Assembly (NCBI RefSeq): GCF_009914755.1
Contig: NC_060930.1
Length of the DNA stretch: 64,000 nucleotides
Source of the DNA: the human T2T-CHM13v2.0 reference genome, Homo sapiens
Strand: one strand, 5' to 3'
The translations under genes were made by a program, and so were the position numbers. Shown piece by piece: positions 29,992 to 46,919 of this stretch. The number at the start of each line of letters is the position of its first letter. Position 1 is the stretch's first letter. A model generated the notes under the pieces. The model was not told the DNA's origin. It did not search any database and was given only the letters and a program-made list of their open reading frames with translations.

Positions 29992-30296
29992 TTTTTTTTT
30001 TTTTTTTTTTGAGATGGAGTCTCGCTCTGTCCCCCAGGCTGGAGTGCAGTGGCGTAATCTTGGCTCACTGCAAGTTCTGCCTCCTGGTTTCACGCCATTC
30101 TCCTGCCTCAGCCTCCCCTCCCGAGTAGCTGGGACTACAGGTGCCCACCACCATGCCCAGCTAATTTTTTGTGTTTTTAGTAGAGACGGGGTTTCACCGT
30201 GTTAGCCAGGATGGTCTTGATCTCCTGACCTCGTGATCCACCCCCCTCGGCCTCCCAAAATGCTGGGATTACAAGCATGAGCCACCGCGCCCAGCG
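29992..30296 (-). mobile_element. AluY nested in L1
   Basis: TTCACGCCATTCTCC, GTGTTAGCCAGGATGGTC, CTCGTGATCC AluY diagnostics. Confidence 0.93.
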
Positions 30297-30622
30297 AATA
30301 TTGAACTTTTTCTCATATGCTCGTTGGCTGCATGTATGTCTTCTTTTGAAAAGTGTCTATTCATTCCTTTGCCCACTTTTTAATGGGATTTTTTTTTCTT
30401 GTAAATTTGTGTAAGTTCCTTATAGATTCTGGATATTAAACCTTTGTCACATGCATAGTTTGCAAAAATTCTATGCCATTCTGCAGGTTGTCTCTTTACT
30501 CTGTTGATAGTTTCTTGCATTTCTCTTATGATCAGTGATGTTGAACTATTTTTCATATGCTCGTTGGCTGCATGTATGTCTTCTTTTGAAAAGTGTCTGT
30601 TCATTCCTTTGCCCACTCTTTT

Positions 30623-31061
30623 ATTATTATTATAATTTATAAATTCTGGGGTACATAGGCAGAACGTGCAGTTTTGTTACATAGGTATACATGTGCCATG
30701 GTGGTTTGCTGCACCCATCAACCCGTCACCTACATTAGGTATTTCTCCTAATGACATCCCTCCCCTAGCCCCCAATTGCCCGACAGGCCCTGGTGTGTGA
30801 TGTTCCCTTCCCTGTGTCCATGTGTTCTCCTTGTTCAACTCCCACTTATGAGTGAGAATATGTGGTGTTTGGTTTTCTGTTCTTGTGATAGTTTGCTGAG
30901 AATGATGGTTTCCAGCTTCATCCATGTCCCTGCAAAGGACATGAACTTATCCTTTTTATGGCTGCATAGTAGTCCATGGTGGATATGTGCCACATTTTTT
31001 AAATCCAGTCTATCATTGATGGACATTTGGGTTGGATCTGAGTCTTTGCTATTGTGAATAG
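30623..31061 (-). mobile_element. L1PA7-like 3' fragment nested in older L1
   Basis: GGTTTGCTGCACCCATCAACCCGTCA..CCCCTAGCCCC; TSD TCCTTTGCCCA(C/T)T at 30605 and 31062. Confidence 0.85.
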
Positions 31062-32679
31062 TCCTTTGCCCATTTTTTAATGGTATTTTTTTTCTTGTAA
31101 ATTTGTATAAGTTCCTTATAGATTCTGGATATTAGACCTTTGTCACATGCATAGTTTGCGAAAATTCTATACCATTCTTCAGGTTGTCTCTTTACTCTGT
31201 TGATAGTTTCTTTTGCTGTGCAGACGCTCTTTAGTTTAATTAGCACCCATTTGTCAATTTTTGCTTTTGTTGCAATTGTGTTTGGCATCTTTGTCATGAA
31301 ATCTTTGCCTGTTCCTATGTCCAGAATGGTATTGCTTAGGTTGTCTTTCAGGGTTTTTATAGTTTTGGGTTTTACATTTAAGTCTTTGATCCATCGTGAG
31401 TTGATTTTTGTATATGGTGTAAGGAAGGGGTTCAGTTTCAGTCTTCTGCATATGGCTAGCCAGTTATCCTAGCACCACTTACTGAATACGGAGTCCTTTC
31501 CCATGGCTTGTTTTTTTCAGCTTTGTTGAAGATCAGATCGTTGTAGGTGTGTCGCCTCATTTTGGTGCTCTCTATTCTGTTCCATTGGTCTATGTGTCTG
31601 TTTTTATACCAGTACCATGCTATTTTGGTCACTGTAGCCCTGTAGTATAGTTTGAAGTTGGGTAGCATGATGCCTCCAGCTTTGTTGTTTTTGCTTAGGA
31701 TTACCTTAGCTATTTGGGCTCTTTTTTGGTTCCATGTGAATTTTGAAATAGTTTTAGTTCTGTGAAGAATGCCATTGGTAGTTTGATAGAAATAGCATTG
31801 AACTTATAAATTGCTTTGGGCAATATGGCCCAAATTTTAACAATATTGATTCTTCCTATTTATAAACATAGAATTTATAATATTTCTATTTGTGTTATCT
31901 CTGATTTATTTGAGCAGTGTTTTGTAGTTCTTATTGTAGAGAACTTTCACCTCCCTGGTTAGCTGTATTCCTAGGTATTTTATTCTTTTTGTGGCAATTG
32001 TGAATGGGATCATGCTCCTGATTTGGCTCTTGGCCTGATGACTGTTGGTGTATAGGAATGCTGCTGATTTTTGTTCGTTGCTTTTGTATTCTGAGACTTT
32101 GCTGAAGTTGTTTATTCGTGGAAGGAGCTTTTGGGCTGGGGCTATAGCTGCCATAGATAGTGATTCCTCTGATGGATTTGGTCACAGTAAATTGAAAACA
32201 TTGTGGAGAGGATTCATCATTCTAGATATCATGAAGAACATTTGTGATTCATGTAAGGCGGCCAAAATATCAACATTACAGAAGTTTGGAATAAGTTGAT
32301 TCTAACTCTCTTGGATGACTTTGTGGGATTTAAGATTTTAGTAAAAAAAGTAACTGCAAATATGGTGGAAATAGCAAGAGAACTGGAACTGCAAGTGGAA
32401 CCTGAAGATGGCACTGAATTGCTGCCAATCTCGTGATCAGACTTGAATGGATGAAGAGTTGCTTCTTTTTTTTATTATTATTATACTTTAAGTTTTAGGG
32501 TACATGTGCACAATGTGCAGGTTAGTTACATATGTATACATGTGCCATGCTGGTACGCTGCACCCACTAACTCGTCATCTAGCATTAGGTATATCTCCCA
32601 ATGCTATCCCTCCCCCCTGCCCCCACCCCATAACAGTCCCCAGAGTGTGATGTTCCCCTTCCTGTGTCCATATGTTCTC

Positions 32680-36503
<3,824 letters not shown>

Positions 36504-36563
36504 TATGAAGTTAGCTGGTTATTTTGCTCGTTAGTTGATGCAGTTTCTTCCTAGCCTCAATGG

Positions 36564-37580
36564 TCTTTACATTTTGGCATGATTTTGCAGCGGCTGGTAC
36601 CGGTTGTTCCTTTCCATGTTTAGTGCTTCCTTCAGGAGCTCTTTTAGGGCAGGCCTGCTGGTGAGAAAATCTCTCAGCATTTGCTTGTCTGTAAAGTATT
36701 TTATTTATCTTTCACTTATGAAGCTTACTTTGGCTGGATATGAAATTCTAGGTTGAAAATTCTTTTCTTTAAGAATGTTGAATTTGGCCCCCACTCTCTT
36801 CTGGATTGTAGAGTTTCTGCCGAGAGATCTGCTTGTTAGTCTGATGGGCTTCCCTTTGAGGGTAACCCGACCTTTCTCTCTGGCTGCCCTTAACATTTTT
36901 TCCTTCATTTCAACTTTGGTGAATCTGACAATTATGTGTCTTGGAGTTGCTCTTCTCGAGGAGTATCTTTGTGGCGTTCTCTGCATTTCCTGAATCTGAA
37001 TGTTGGCCTGCCTTGCTAGATTGGGGAAGTTCTTCCGGATAATATCTTGCAGAGTGTTTTCCAATTTGGTTCCATTCTCCCCGTCACTTTCAGGTACACC
37101 AATCAGACATAGATTTGGTCTTTTCACATAGTCCCATATTTCTTGGAGGCTTTGTTCATTTCTTTTTATTCTTTTTTCTCTAAACTTCCCTTCTCGCTTC
37201 ATTTCATTCATTTGATCTTCAATCACTGATACCCTTTCTTCCATTTGATCGCATCGGCTCCTGAGGCTTCTGCATTCTTCACATAGTTCTCGAGCCTTGG
37301 CTTTCAGCTCCATCAGCTCCTTTAAGCACATCTCTGTATTGGTTATTCTAGTTATACATTTGTCTAAATTTTTTTCAAAGTTTTTAACTTCTTTGCCTTT
37401 GGTTTGAATTTCCTCCTGTAGCTCGTAGTTTGATCGTCTGAAGCCTTCTTCTCTCAACTCGTCAAAGTCATTCTCCGTCCAGCTTTGTTCCATTGCTGGT
37501 GAGGAACTGCATTCCTTTGGAGGAGGAGAGGTGCTCTGCTTTTTAGAGTTTCCATTTTTTCTGCTCTGTTTTTTCCCCAT
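36564..37580 (-). pseudogene. L1 ORF1p, frameshifted in C-terminal part
   Basis: MGKKQSRK...RNEQSLQEIWDYVKRPNL...REKGRVTLKGKPIRLT; open for 291 aa only; left coordinate approximate. Confidence 0.9.
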
Positions 37581-38183
37581 CTTTGTGGTTTTATCTACTT
37601 TTGGTCTTTGATGATGGTGATGTTTTATCTACTTTTGGTCTTTGATGATGGGTTTTTGGTGTGGATATCCTTTCTGTTTGTTAGTTTTCCTTCTAACAGA
37701 CAGGACCCTCAGCTGCAGGTCTGTTGGAGTTTGCTAGAGGTCCATTCCAGACCCTGTTTTCCTGGGTATCGGCAGCGGTGTCTTCAGAACAGTGGTTTTT
37801 CGTGAACCGCGAATGCTGCTGTCTGATCGTTCCTCTGGAAGTTTTGTCTCAGAGGAGTACCTGGCCTTGTGAAGTGTCAGTTTGCCCCTACTAGGGGGTG
37901 CCTCCGAGTTAGGCTGCTCAGGGGTCAGGGGTCAGGGACCCACTTGAGGAGGCAGTCTGCCCGTTCTCAGATCTCCAGCTGCGTGCTGGGAGAACCACTG
38001 CTCTCTTCAAAGGTGTCAGACAGGGACATTTAAGTCTGCAGAGGTTACTGCTGTCTTTTTGTTTGTCTGTGCCCTGCCCCCAGAGGTGGAGCCTACAGAG
38101 GCAGGCAGGCCTCCTTGAGCTGTGGTGGGCTCCACCCAGTTCGTGCTTCCTGGCTGCTTTGTTTACCTAAGCAAGCCTGGGCA

Positions 38184-38438
38184 ATGGCGGGCACCCCTCC
38201 CCCAGCCTGGCTGCCGCCTTGCAGTTTGATTTCAGACTGCTGTGCTAGCAATCAGCGAGACTCCATGGGCATAGGACCCTCTGAGCCAGGTGCGGGATAT
38301 AATCTCCTGGTGCACCGTTTTTTAAGCCCGTCGGAAAAGCACAGTATTCGGGTGGGAGTGACCCGATTTTCCAGGTGCCGTCTGTCACCCCTTTCTTTGA
38401 CTAGGAAAGGGAACTCCCTGACCCCTTGCACTTCCTGA
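38184..38438 (+). CDS. L1 antisense ORF0 (open, 84 aa), expression unknown
   Basis: GCAATGG Kozak context; MAGTPPPAWLPPCSLISDCCASNQRDSMGIGPSEPG..RVGVTRFSRC matches primate L1 ORF0. Confidence 0.7.
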   Translation: MAGTPPPAWLPPCSLISDCCASNQRDSMGIGPSEPGAGYNLLVHRFLSPSEKHSIRVGVTRFSRCRLSPLSLTRKGNSLTPCTS

Positions 38439-39066
38439 GTGAGGCAATGCCTCGCCCTGCTTCGGCTCGTGCACAGTGTGCTGCACCCACTGACCTGCGC
38501 CCACTGTCTGGCACTCCCTAGTGAGATGAACCTGGTACCTCAGATGGAAATGCAGAAATCACCTGTCTTCTGCGTCACTCACACTGGGAGCTGTAGACCG
38601 GAGCTGTTCCTATTCGGCCATCTTGGCTCCTTCCCCCACCAAGTTGCTTCTTATGGATGAGCAAATAAAGTGATTTCTTTGAGAAGGAATCTACTCCTGG
38701 TTAACATTGTTGAAATGACAGTAAATAATTGAGAATCTTCCATAAACCTTACTTGATAAAGCAGTGCAGGGTTTGAGAGGATTGACTCTAATTTTGAAAG
38801 AATTTCTATTGTGGGTAAAATGCTAAAAAATCAAACAGCATTGCATACTGCAGAGAAATCTTTTGTGAAAGTAAGAGTCAATTGATGTGGCAACTTTATT
38901 TTTATTTTATTTTAAGAAATTGCCACAGCCACCCCAACCTTCTGCAACCACTAACCTGTTAAGTCAGTAGCCATCAACATCAAGGCACAACCTGCCACCA
39001 GCTAAAATATTGCTACTTACTTAAGGCTCAGATGATTGTTAGTATTTTTCAGCAATAAGGGATTAC

Positions 39067-39208
39067 TTTTTTTTTTTTTTTTTGTAGAGACAGCAGTCTC
39101 ACTAGGTTGATTTTAGGTTGGCTAGTTTTGAACTCCTGGCTTCAGGTGATCTTCCCACCTTAGCTTCCCAAAGTGTTGGGATTACACACATGGGCCACCA
39201 TGCCTGGC
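39067..39208 (-). mobile_element. Alu left monomer (FLAM-like) in Tigger1
   Basis: poly-T GTAGAGACA..CCCAAAGTGTTGGGATTACA..CCTGGC; TSD AGCA(A/G)TAAGG(G/T)ATT. Confidence 0.85.
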
Positions 39209-39766
39209 AGCAGTAAGGTATTTTTAATTAAGATTTATACATTTTTTTAAAACATAATACCATTGTAGACTTAGTAGACTACAGTGTAGTGTAAACATAA
39301 CTTTTAATGCACTGGGAAATGAAAACCTTTGTGTGACTTGCTTTATTTTGATATTTGCTTTATTACAATGGTCTGGACCTGAACCTGCAGTATCTCTGAG
39401 GTGTGCTTGTATAGTCATTGTTACAAAAATAGCACATAAATTTGCAAACGTAGAGCAATTGTTTTAGGACTGTAAATGTTCAAAGTCAAATGATAGTACA
39501 GAAAATACACTTTAGACCAAGAAGTACTCACTGAGAAGGTCCAAAGAAGACTTAGGCTTTGACCGGGAAGGGGACTTAATGGGTGTATTAGGTGCTTTAT
39601 TACTCTCATTTATTCTACTCTTGAAAATACATAGTAGAGTATGTTACTTCACTAGTATAGATGACAAGCTCAAATTCAGAGAAGTTAAGTTACTTAATAA
39701 TGGTAGTACATATTTATTAATGTTTTCTATATGCTGGAAACTGATAAGGGCTTTATTTATATATAG

Positions 39767-39767
<1 letters not shown>

Positions 39768-39811
<44 letters not shown>

Positions 39812-39840
39812 ATCTATCTACATCATCATCATCATCATCA
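39768..39840. repeat. (TATC)11 + (CAT)n compound STR
   Basis: direct reading. Confidence 0.95.
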
Positions 39841-40730
39841 CCAACAACCCCATAAAGATAAAGAAATGGAGAATTAGAGATATTAAGTAACTTAGCCAGG
39901 GTGGCATACATGATAAATAGTAGCCCTGGGCTTTGAACCTGAAGAGATTTAGTCACGAACCAATAGGGTCAATCTGTGCACTGTGACTTAGTCAAGGTTA
40001 CGTTGCCAGTAAGTGATGGAGCTGAAATTCGTATTCCTGACTTGTCTGACTGCCAAGCCTATGATCATTTTCTCTGTATCATTGTTTTTGGTAAAATTTA
40101 GATAGGAATTAAATATTTGGTAGAGTATTTAAGTTAAATTATTAGGGCTGTAATGACCAAACTAATGTTCCCATAGCAAAAAATCCTCAAAAGAGGGCAT
40201 ATAGATGGAAAGGCAGTATTATATATATATCTTGTTAAGTGGTTTGGCCAGTATTAGCTCCCATTTCCCATTTTGATAAGCAGGATCTTCCATTTTATGT
40301 TTCTTTCCATATGTTTGTCTTAGACCTGCCACAATTCTAGACAATTCTTGTTCTGGTTTTTACCAGACATTGGATTGACACTTTGTTTCTCCTAATGCTA
40401 TGTTTCTACTAATCCAACTTCCTTGTTTTCAATCCTTTAGCTTCAGGTTCTTTATACATTCCATTATCCAATCCAATAAACCAACATATGACAGAGCATT
40501 CGTGGAAAATCTGCCTGGGTAGATATTTTCTCCAATTTTTTTTTAGTTATAATCTGTCTAAGGGCAGTGATTCTAATGGTGAGAATTTCAAACTTGGTAG
40601 GAGAGAACAATTCTGTGGAGCAGGTCTCCCTTGGTGAAACCATCAGTTCAACTGCATCAAATTTCACTTTATTCCTGATTCCCTCTATGGATCTTTAAGT
40701 AATAAACTTGAATATTAGAAGTGAGCCTGA

Positions 40731-41057
<327 letters not shown>

Positions 41058-42467
41058 TCAAGAACTAAACATAGCTTAAGAGTTTTAGGAAATGAGAGGA
41101 TCTGTGATTAAAAGGTGACTTTGCCGTAAATAATATTTTCTCAGTAAATACTGTTCAATATATCTAAATTATCTCATATTGAATCGTATTATAATTCTTT
41201 GAAATTTGCTAACCCATCCGTACTTTATATGCACCTTCTATTAACCAGAAGGGGAGATTAACTTACTGTTGGGCCATATTTTGTTGCGAATTGAAATACT
41301 GATTTTTTTCATTTTAAAATTCCATTTTTGTGTTCATTAATTGGTTCATCCTTTGAGTAGATACAGCAAAGCAAATTTAGATGTGGCAAAGCAAATTTGT
41401 AAGATACAGTTTTTAACTTAAAAGCCTTTGCAATTTAGTTGAGGGTATGACACAGACATATAAACATTAAATTATAGTAGAAGAGAACCATACTATTTTA
41501 GTGATTATAGTTTAGATATGAAAGGACCACCAAAATCTTTAATCCATTGTTTTTCACTTGTTTTTTTCAGAGGCTTCTTAGAAAGATTGTTTTTAGAGGT
41601 AGAGGGAAGAGAGGCTAGAGAAATGGAACCAGCCTGCCAGAGAACTACCCTTCTCCTTATACTTCAGCTATAGATACTCTACTGTCATCTATATTATATA
41701 AGGTTTGATTTGAACACAGAATTGCCGTACTAAAAATGTGTGAGACTCACTGATCCAATAGAATTCCTATTATTTTCAGATGAGATAATTGCTTGAAGCC
41801 AGCATAGATTATAGGACTGCCCTAGTTTGAAGAGTTTGGAGTTAAAGGAAGGGTTGAAACTGGTTCTGTTAATGTCCTAGTATTGGCCTAGTTTTATGCT
41901 ATTTGTAGATGCCCACATTTTAGTAGCAGATATAAAATATTTTACATAAATTAGACTTTATTAACATGTATTATATAAATATGCATTATATATAAATATA
42001 TATTATATACATAAATATATATATTATATATATATAAATGTAGACCACTCTTCTTACATCTAATAAATTAGCATGTAATTTTTCACTTTTCTTCCTGGTC
42101 TTTTATGTATAAGTAATTTTTATATAATTATCATTCTACAGATATATATGTCTATGATTTTTTCAACCTATTTTGTGATAAATATTTTTCTTTCGAATTT
42201 ATATTCATATTTATAAATTTTATATTTATAAATTTTAATTCTTGTACAAAGTCCTATTGGTTGATATAGCATACTTTATTTAATCTTTTACACGTTATTG
42301 GATATTGAGGATATTTTTAGTTTCTTTGCAATTTTGTTACATCCATATACCTTTCCTTTCTTTTGGATTATTTAAAAAACTAAATTGTGAGGAGTAAGGT
42401 TAATGTATCAAACGGATATAAAAAATTTTGTAAGCCTTATATATTGCTTTCTCAAAGGGTTATATAA

Positions 42468-42860
<393 letters not shown>

Positions 42861-43415
42861 TAATGTTTTGATATTGTATTTTGATTATTAGTGAAGATTG
42901 TTATTTTTATCATTATACTTACATGCCAATTATCGTTCTTTGGATGAATGGATTGCTGATTTGTACACTTTTTTCTTTTGTGGTTCTCTTAATTTGTAAG
43001 AGCTCTTTACAAATATATCATTTTGCTAAAAATACATTCATAGTCACCTTTTAATATTTTTAACCAGTCACTTTCACGTGTCTAACTCAATTTCCCACTA
43101 TTACTAATGCTTTTAACTAGGTGTTAAAAATATACATTGAAACGTTTATTTTTCCTTGTTAGAAACTGTCCTATTTTAATAAAAATGAGAGAATAATTTT
43201 TATAAAAGAATTGATTGCAGTATCTAATATATAGAGAGGATTAATTTTGGGCTGGATAATTTGGGCAAATAACAACATTTGTAAAACTCAAATCGTTTTA
43301 GATTTGCCCTACCATTTCTTACATAAAACACATCTTCACAGCTAGCAGTTGTCCTGTTTTTACTAGCAGATTTCCTCTTCGTAAACCAATTCAGATTACT
43401 GACAATTCTAATCTT

Positions 43416-43646
43416 TATATATGTGTGTATATATATATATATAATATATATATATATATATAATACTTTAAGTTCTAGGGCACATGTGCACAATGTGCAG
43501 GTTTTCTACATATGTATACATGTGCCATGTTGGTGTGCTGCACCCATTAACTCATCATTTATATTAGGTATATCTCCTAATGCTATCCCTCCCGCCTCCC
43601 CCTACCCCACAACAGGCCCCGGTGTGTGATGTTCTCCTTCTTGTGT
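43416..43646 (-). mobile_element. Short L1PA5/6-like 3' fragment with TA-converted tail
   Basis: ATACTTTAAGTTCTAGGG..CATGTGCACAATGTGCAG..GCACCCATTAACTCATCATTT. Confidence 0.9.
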
Positions 43647-43871
43647 TTCTTTGAGAGATGTTGGACTAAAGCATTTCATTGATCCTGACAGTTTGAAGAC
43701 TAAAATTATAAATGATAAAAGTATAAGATTAGAATTGTCCTTGCAATTCTAATAAAAGTATAAGATTAGAATTGTCCTTGCAATTCTAATCTCATACTTT
43801 TATCATTTATAATTTTAGTCTTCAAACTGTCAGAATCAATGAAATCGTTTAGTCCAACATCTCTCAAAGAA
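43647..43871. repeat. Inverted repeat with 91-bp arms and a 37-bp tandem duplication at the apex
   Basis: 43647-43737 is the reverse complement of 43781-43871 with 4 mismatches; ATAAAAGTATAAGATTAGAATTGTCCTTGCAATTCTA at 43715-43751 and 43752-43788. Confidence 0.95.
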
Positions 43872-45119
43872 CAATTCACTTGTTATGCTTATTTCTATCT
43901 AAATAAAATAGAAAAAAAGCAGAAAATTGTATAGTCCTATGCAGGCCATCCTTAAGTTACACATGTGAGCTGGTAAAGTTGAGAAGGAGTCTTCTTTATT
44001 TGGGAATATTCTTATGAATGCATAAACAAGCAAGCACTCTTGGGTTTTGTTGTTGTTGTTGCTATTGTTGTTGTTGTTGTTATCTTAACCCTACAAACAA
44101 ACAGAAAAGGATGCTTTAAGAATTTGACACTTGTGCACATATTTCCCTACTGGTGTTTCAGAGCTTCTGGAAACATCAAATACAGTCGGAGGTTGTTCAA
44201 AACTATGTTTGCTTGCTACTGCAACTGGTACAGTGAACTAATTTTTCTGAAGTGATTGGCCCCTAACCTGAATTTCTCTTCAGCTGCCTCCATCAAATTG
44301 AGTTAGAGTCTTTTCCATTGCTGTGAGGTTAATAGCATTTTCAGATTCTATTCTAGTCTGTGGAAAATTGTCTTTTTAAAAAATTAATCAATAATACTCA
44401 TTTATATATCAGTATGTCAAACAAGGCAAAGTCTACCACATCAGGCATTTCTGCCACTAACTTTACTATCAGTAGATATTCCTACATGACAAAAGTCAAT
44501 AAACTCACCATGCTTGCAGCGTTGCCATTTGTTCACGTTTTTAATTCACTCGTGTATTAAACTCAGCCTGGAAGACTCACTGGGCAAAGACACTAAATTC
44601 CCCTGAAGCAAATAATTTCAGGAAAAAGTCTTAAATACATTTTCATGTGTATATCCTGACTCTTTCTCTTCAGGGATACTGGACAAATGCTCTCTGAAGA
44701 CAATTTATGTGTACTGCCACAAAATAATCAGTTAATGAATTAATTTCCAAAGTGACCTGGAGGTCACATCAAAGCAGATTTATTGAATAAGAAATCAGGA
44801 AGAGTTGTTTTAGGGATTTCATTAGATAATCATATAAAAACATATAGTTTCATGCCAGAAACATAATAAACAGTTGATATTAGCAATAATGAGCATTAGC
44901 AATTATTACTTACATTATATCAAATAACAATTACGGGTTGTAATTGGGACTCTGTATAGGGCAACATTAAGCATAACCATTTCCATCATTGATATTACCA
45001 TGGTAAACCATTGTTTCTTTTTCCCAAGAGAACCAAACTGGCCAGAAATAGACTAAACTGTTAATAAAATCAATCATGGAAGAGATTGGGTATTAGACCG
45101 GTTATGGCATAGCACTTTT

Positions 45120-45600
45120 AGCTCAATTCAATTGACATAAAGCCTGTACTATGTGTCAGTTGTTATACTACAGGTATTATTGTATCCCATAGGGGTATCA
45201 AATGTAACTTTTAGGTCCTGTCTTAAAGGAACTGTGTGGTAAAGTATGGGAGACACAAATGTAAATTAATTATATTACACTGTGGTAAATGCAGTAATAC
45301 AACATGTAGGATACAGAAGAGGACAAAGTGATTACGTGATTACTAACAGGCAAGATTGGAGAAGGCTACCTGGAGGAATATTCGAGTTGGATTTCGAAAG
45401 ATGTAAAAGTTAGGAAGCATGTTATGACAGAGAATAAAGTTGCGCAAAAGCTTGGAGGCTGGAATAAACATGGTTCTTAAGGAAAATTTAACATGGCTGC
45501 AGTGGTAAATGTGAGAGGAAGATGAATGAAGAGAGATGAGGCCACATTTTGAAAAGGTTTATAACTACGGAATTTGGACACTGTTTCAAGGTCATGAAAT
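45120..45600 (-). mobile_element. L2 fragment
   Basis: GCCTGTACTATGTGTCAG..GAGAAGGCTACCTGGAGGA..TTCGAGTTGGATTTCGAAAGATG. Confidence 0.6.
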
Positions 45601-45657
45601 AGAGCCAACTGATCATTCTTAAATATTATAAAGAATACTTTAATTCTAAAGTGTGAA

Positions 45658-45813
45658 CGGGCATAGTGGCAGGTGCCTGTAGTCCCTGCTACTCGGGGGG
45701 CTGAGGCAGGAGAGTCACTTGAACCTGGGAGGCAGAGGTTGCAGTGAGCCTAGATTGTGCCACTGAACTCCAGCCTGGTGACAGAGCAAGACTCCGTCTC
45801 AAAAAAAAAAAAA
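45658..45813 (+). mobile_element. 5'-truncated Alu (right arm)
   Basis: GGGCATAGTGGCAGGTGCCTGTAGTCCC...GACTCCGTCTC(A)n. Confidence 0.9.
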
Positions 45814-46919
45814 GGATTGCAAGAGGCAGGAATAAAGGCAGGGATTTATAATTTCGGACCTCATTCACTGCTATAGAAACTTATAAATCCAAACATGATC
45901 AAAACTCTTACTTATCAATGGATCATTGATTAATGGTTTGAGGCAGTGGTAATATGTATATTTTGTATTTTCATCTTTGAAGATTGCCATTGAGGTCCCT
46001 TTTGGTAAGCTGGGCTCATACTTTAGGTTTATTTTCTGATTCCAGGAGTTTATGTCAACATCAAGGTAAGAATAAAATATATTACATTGAGGGCAATTAC
46101 ACACACACACACACACATACACAATTGTGTGTTTTGTGTAATATAATGCATTTAGGAATTCATGAGTGAGGCAAATGGGTATGGAACAATTTGATGAGTC
46201 TGAGATTTCTGGTTTGTGACACAGGATAACCTGAAGAGAAGAGCGGTTCTGAAGGATGTGGAGTTGAAGGGTGGAGAAGATTCAGCATGGACCACTTTTG
46301 CTTTGGAAGGTCACTGGGAACCTAGCTTTCTTTTAGGGCTGTCTGATGATCCCAAGCTCAGGACTGGACACAGGTTATACACAGTATGCTAGGGCTTCTG
46401 TGGATGAAGCCTAGGCTAGACCCTTGGTGCTGTTCAAACCTCCTTGTTATAGTCTGGTCTAGTTCCAGGGAGGGGCTGGAAACTGGCCCTATTTCTACAG
46501 GAGAAGGTTGGGTCTTCTTATTGGAATGATCTTCTATGCCAGTTTTTGTTTCTTTTTTTTTTCAGTTATTGTTTCTACAGGTTGTATTGGCAGCTGGTGG
46601 GTTTCTGAGTTAAATATTTTGTACTACTTGTGAGACTGTTGAGTATTTTATGTCCCCAATTACAGATATAGAACTTTATGTACTCAAGTGTATCAGACTT
46701 ACATATATATAAGCACCTAAGGATAAAGGTGAATGGGTTCTAATTTACAAGTAGTTAATTTGGATCTAAAATTGAGAGACACTCATTTCAGAAAACTTTT
46801 AGGACTCAAATTTCAACTGTGTTAGTAAAAGAATTTTGAACTTCAATCAGAAAGTTAATAGGCTTTAATTACCTTTATTTCTCCTTTACTAGCCTTCTTG
46901 TTTATTGGATTTGGAAATT

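Larger units (their letters stand above)
29223..32138 (-). mobile_element. 5'-truncated older L1PA (approx. L1PA11-13) inside Tigger1
   Basis: 3'UTR TTTTAAGTTCAGGGGTACAT..CAGATTATTT..CACCCAGG; degraded ORF2 C-terminal peptides ([34 protein letters not shown]). Confidence 0.9.
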
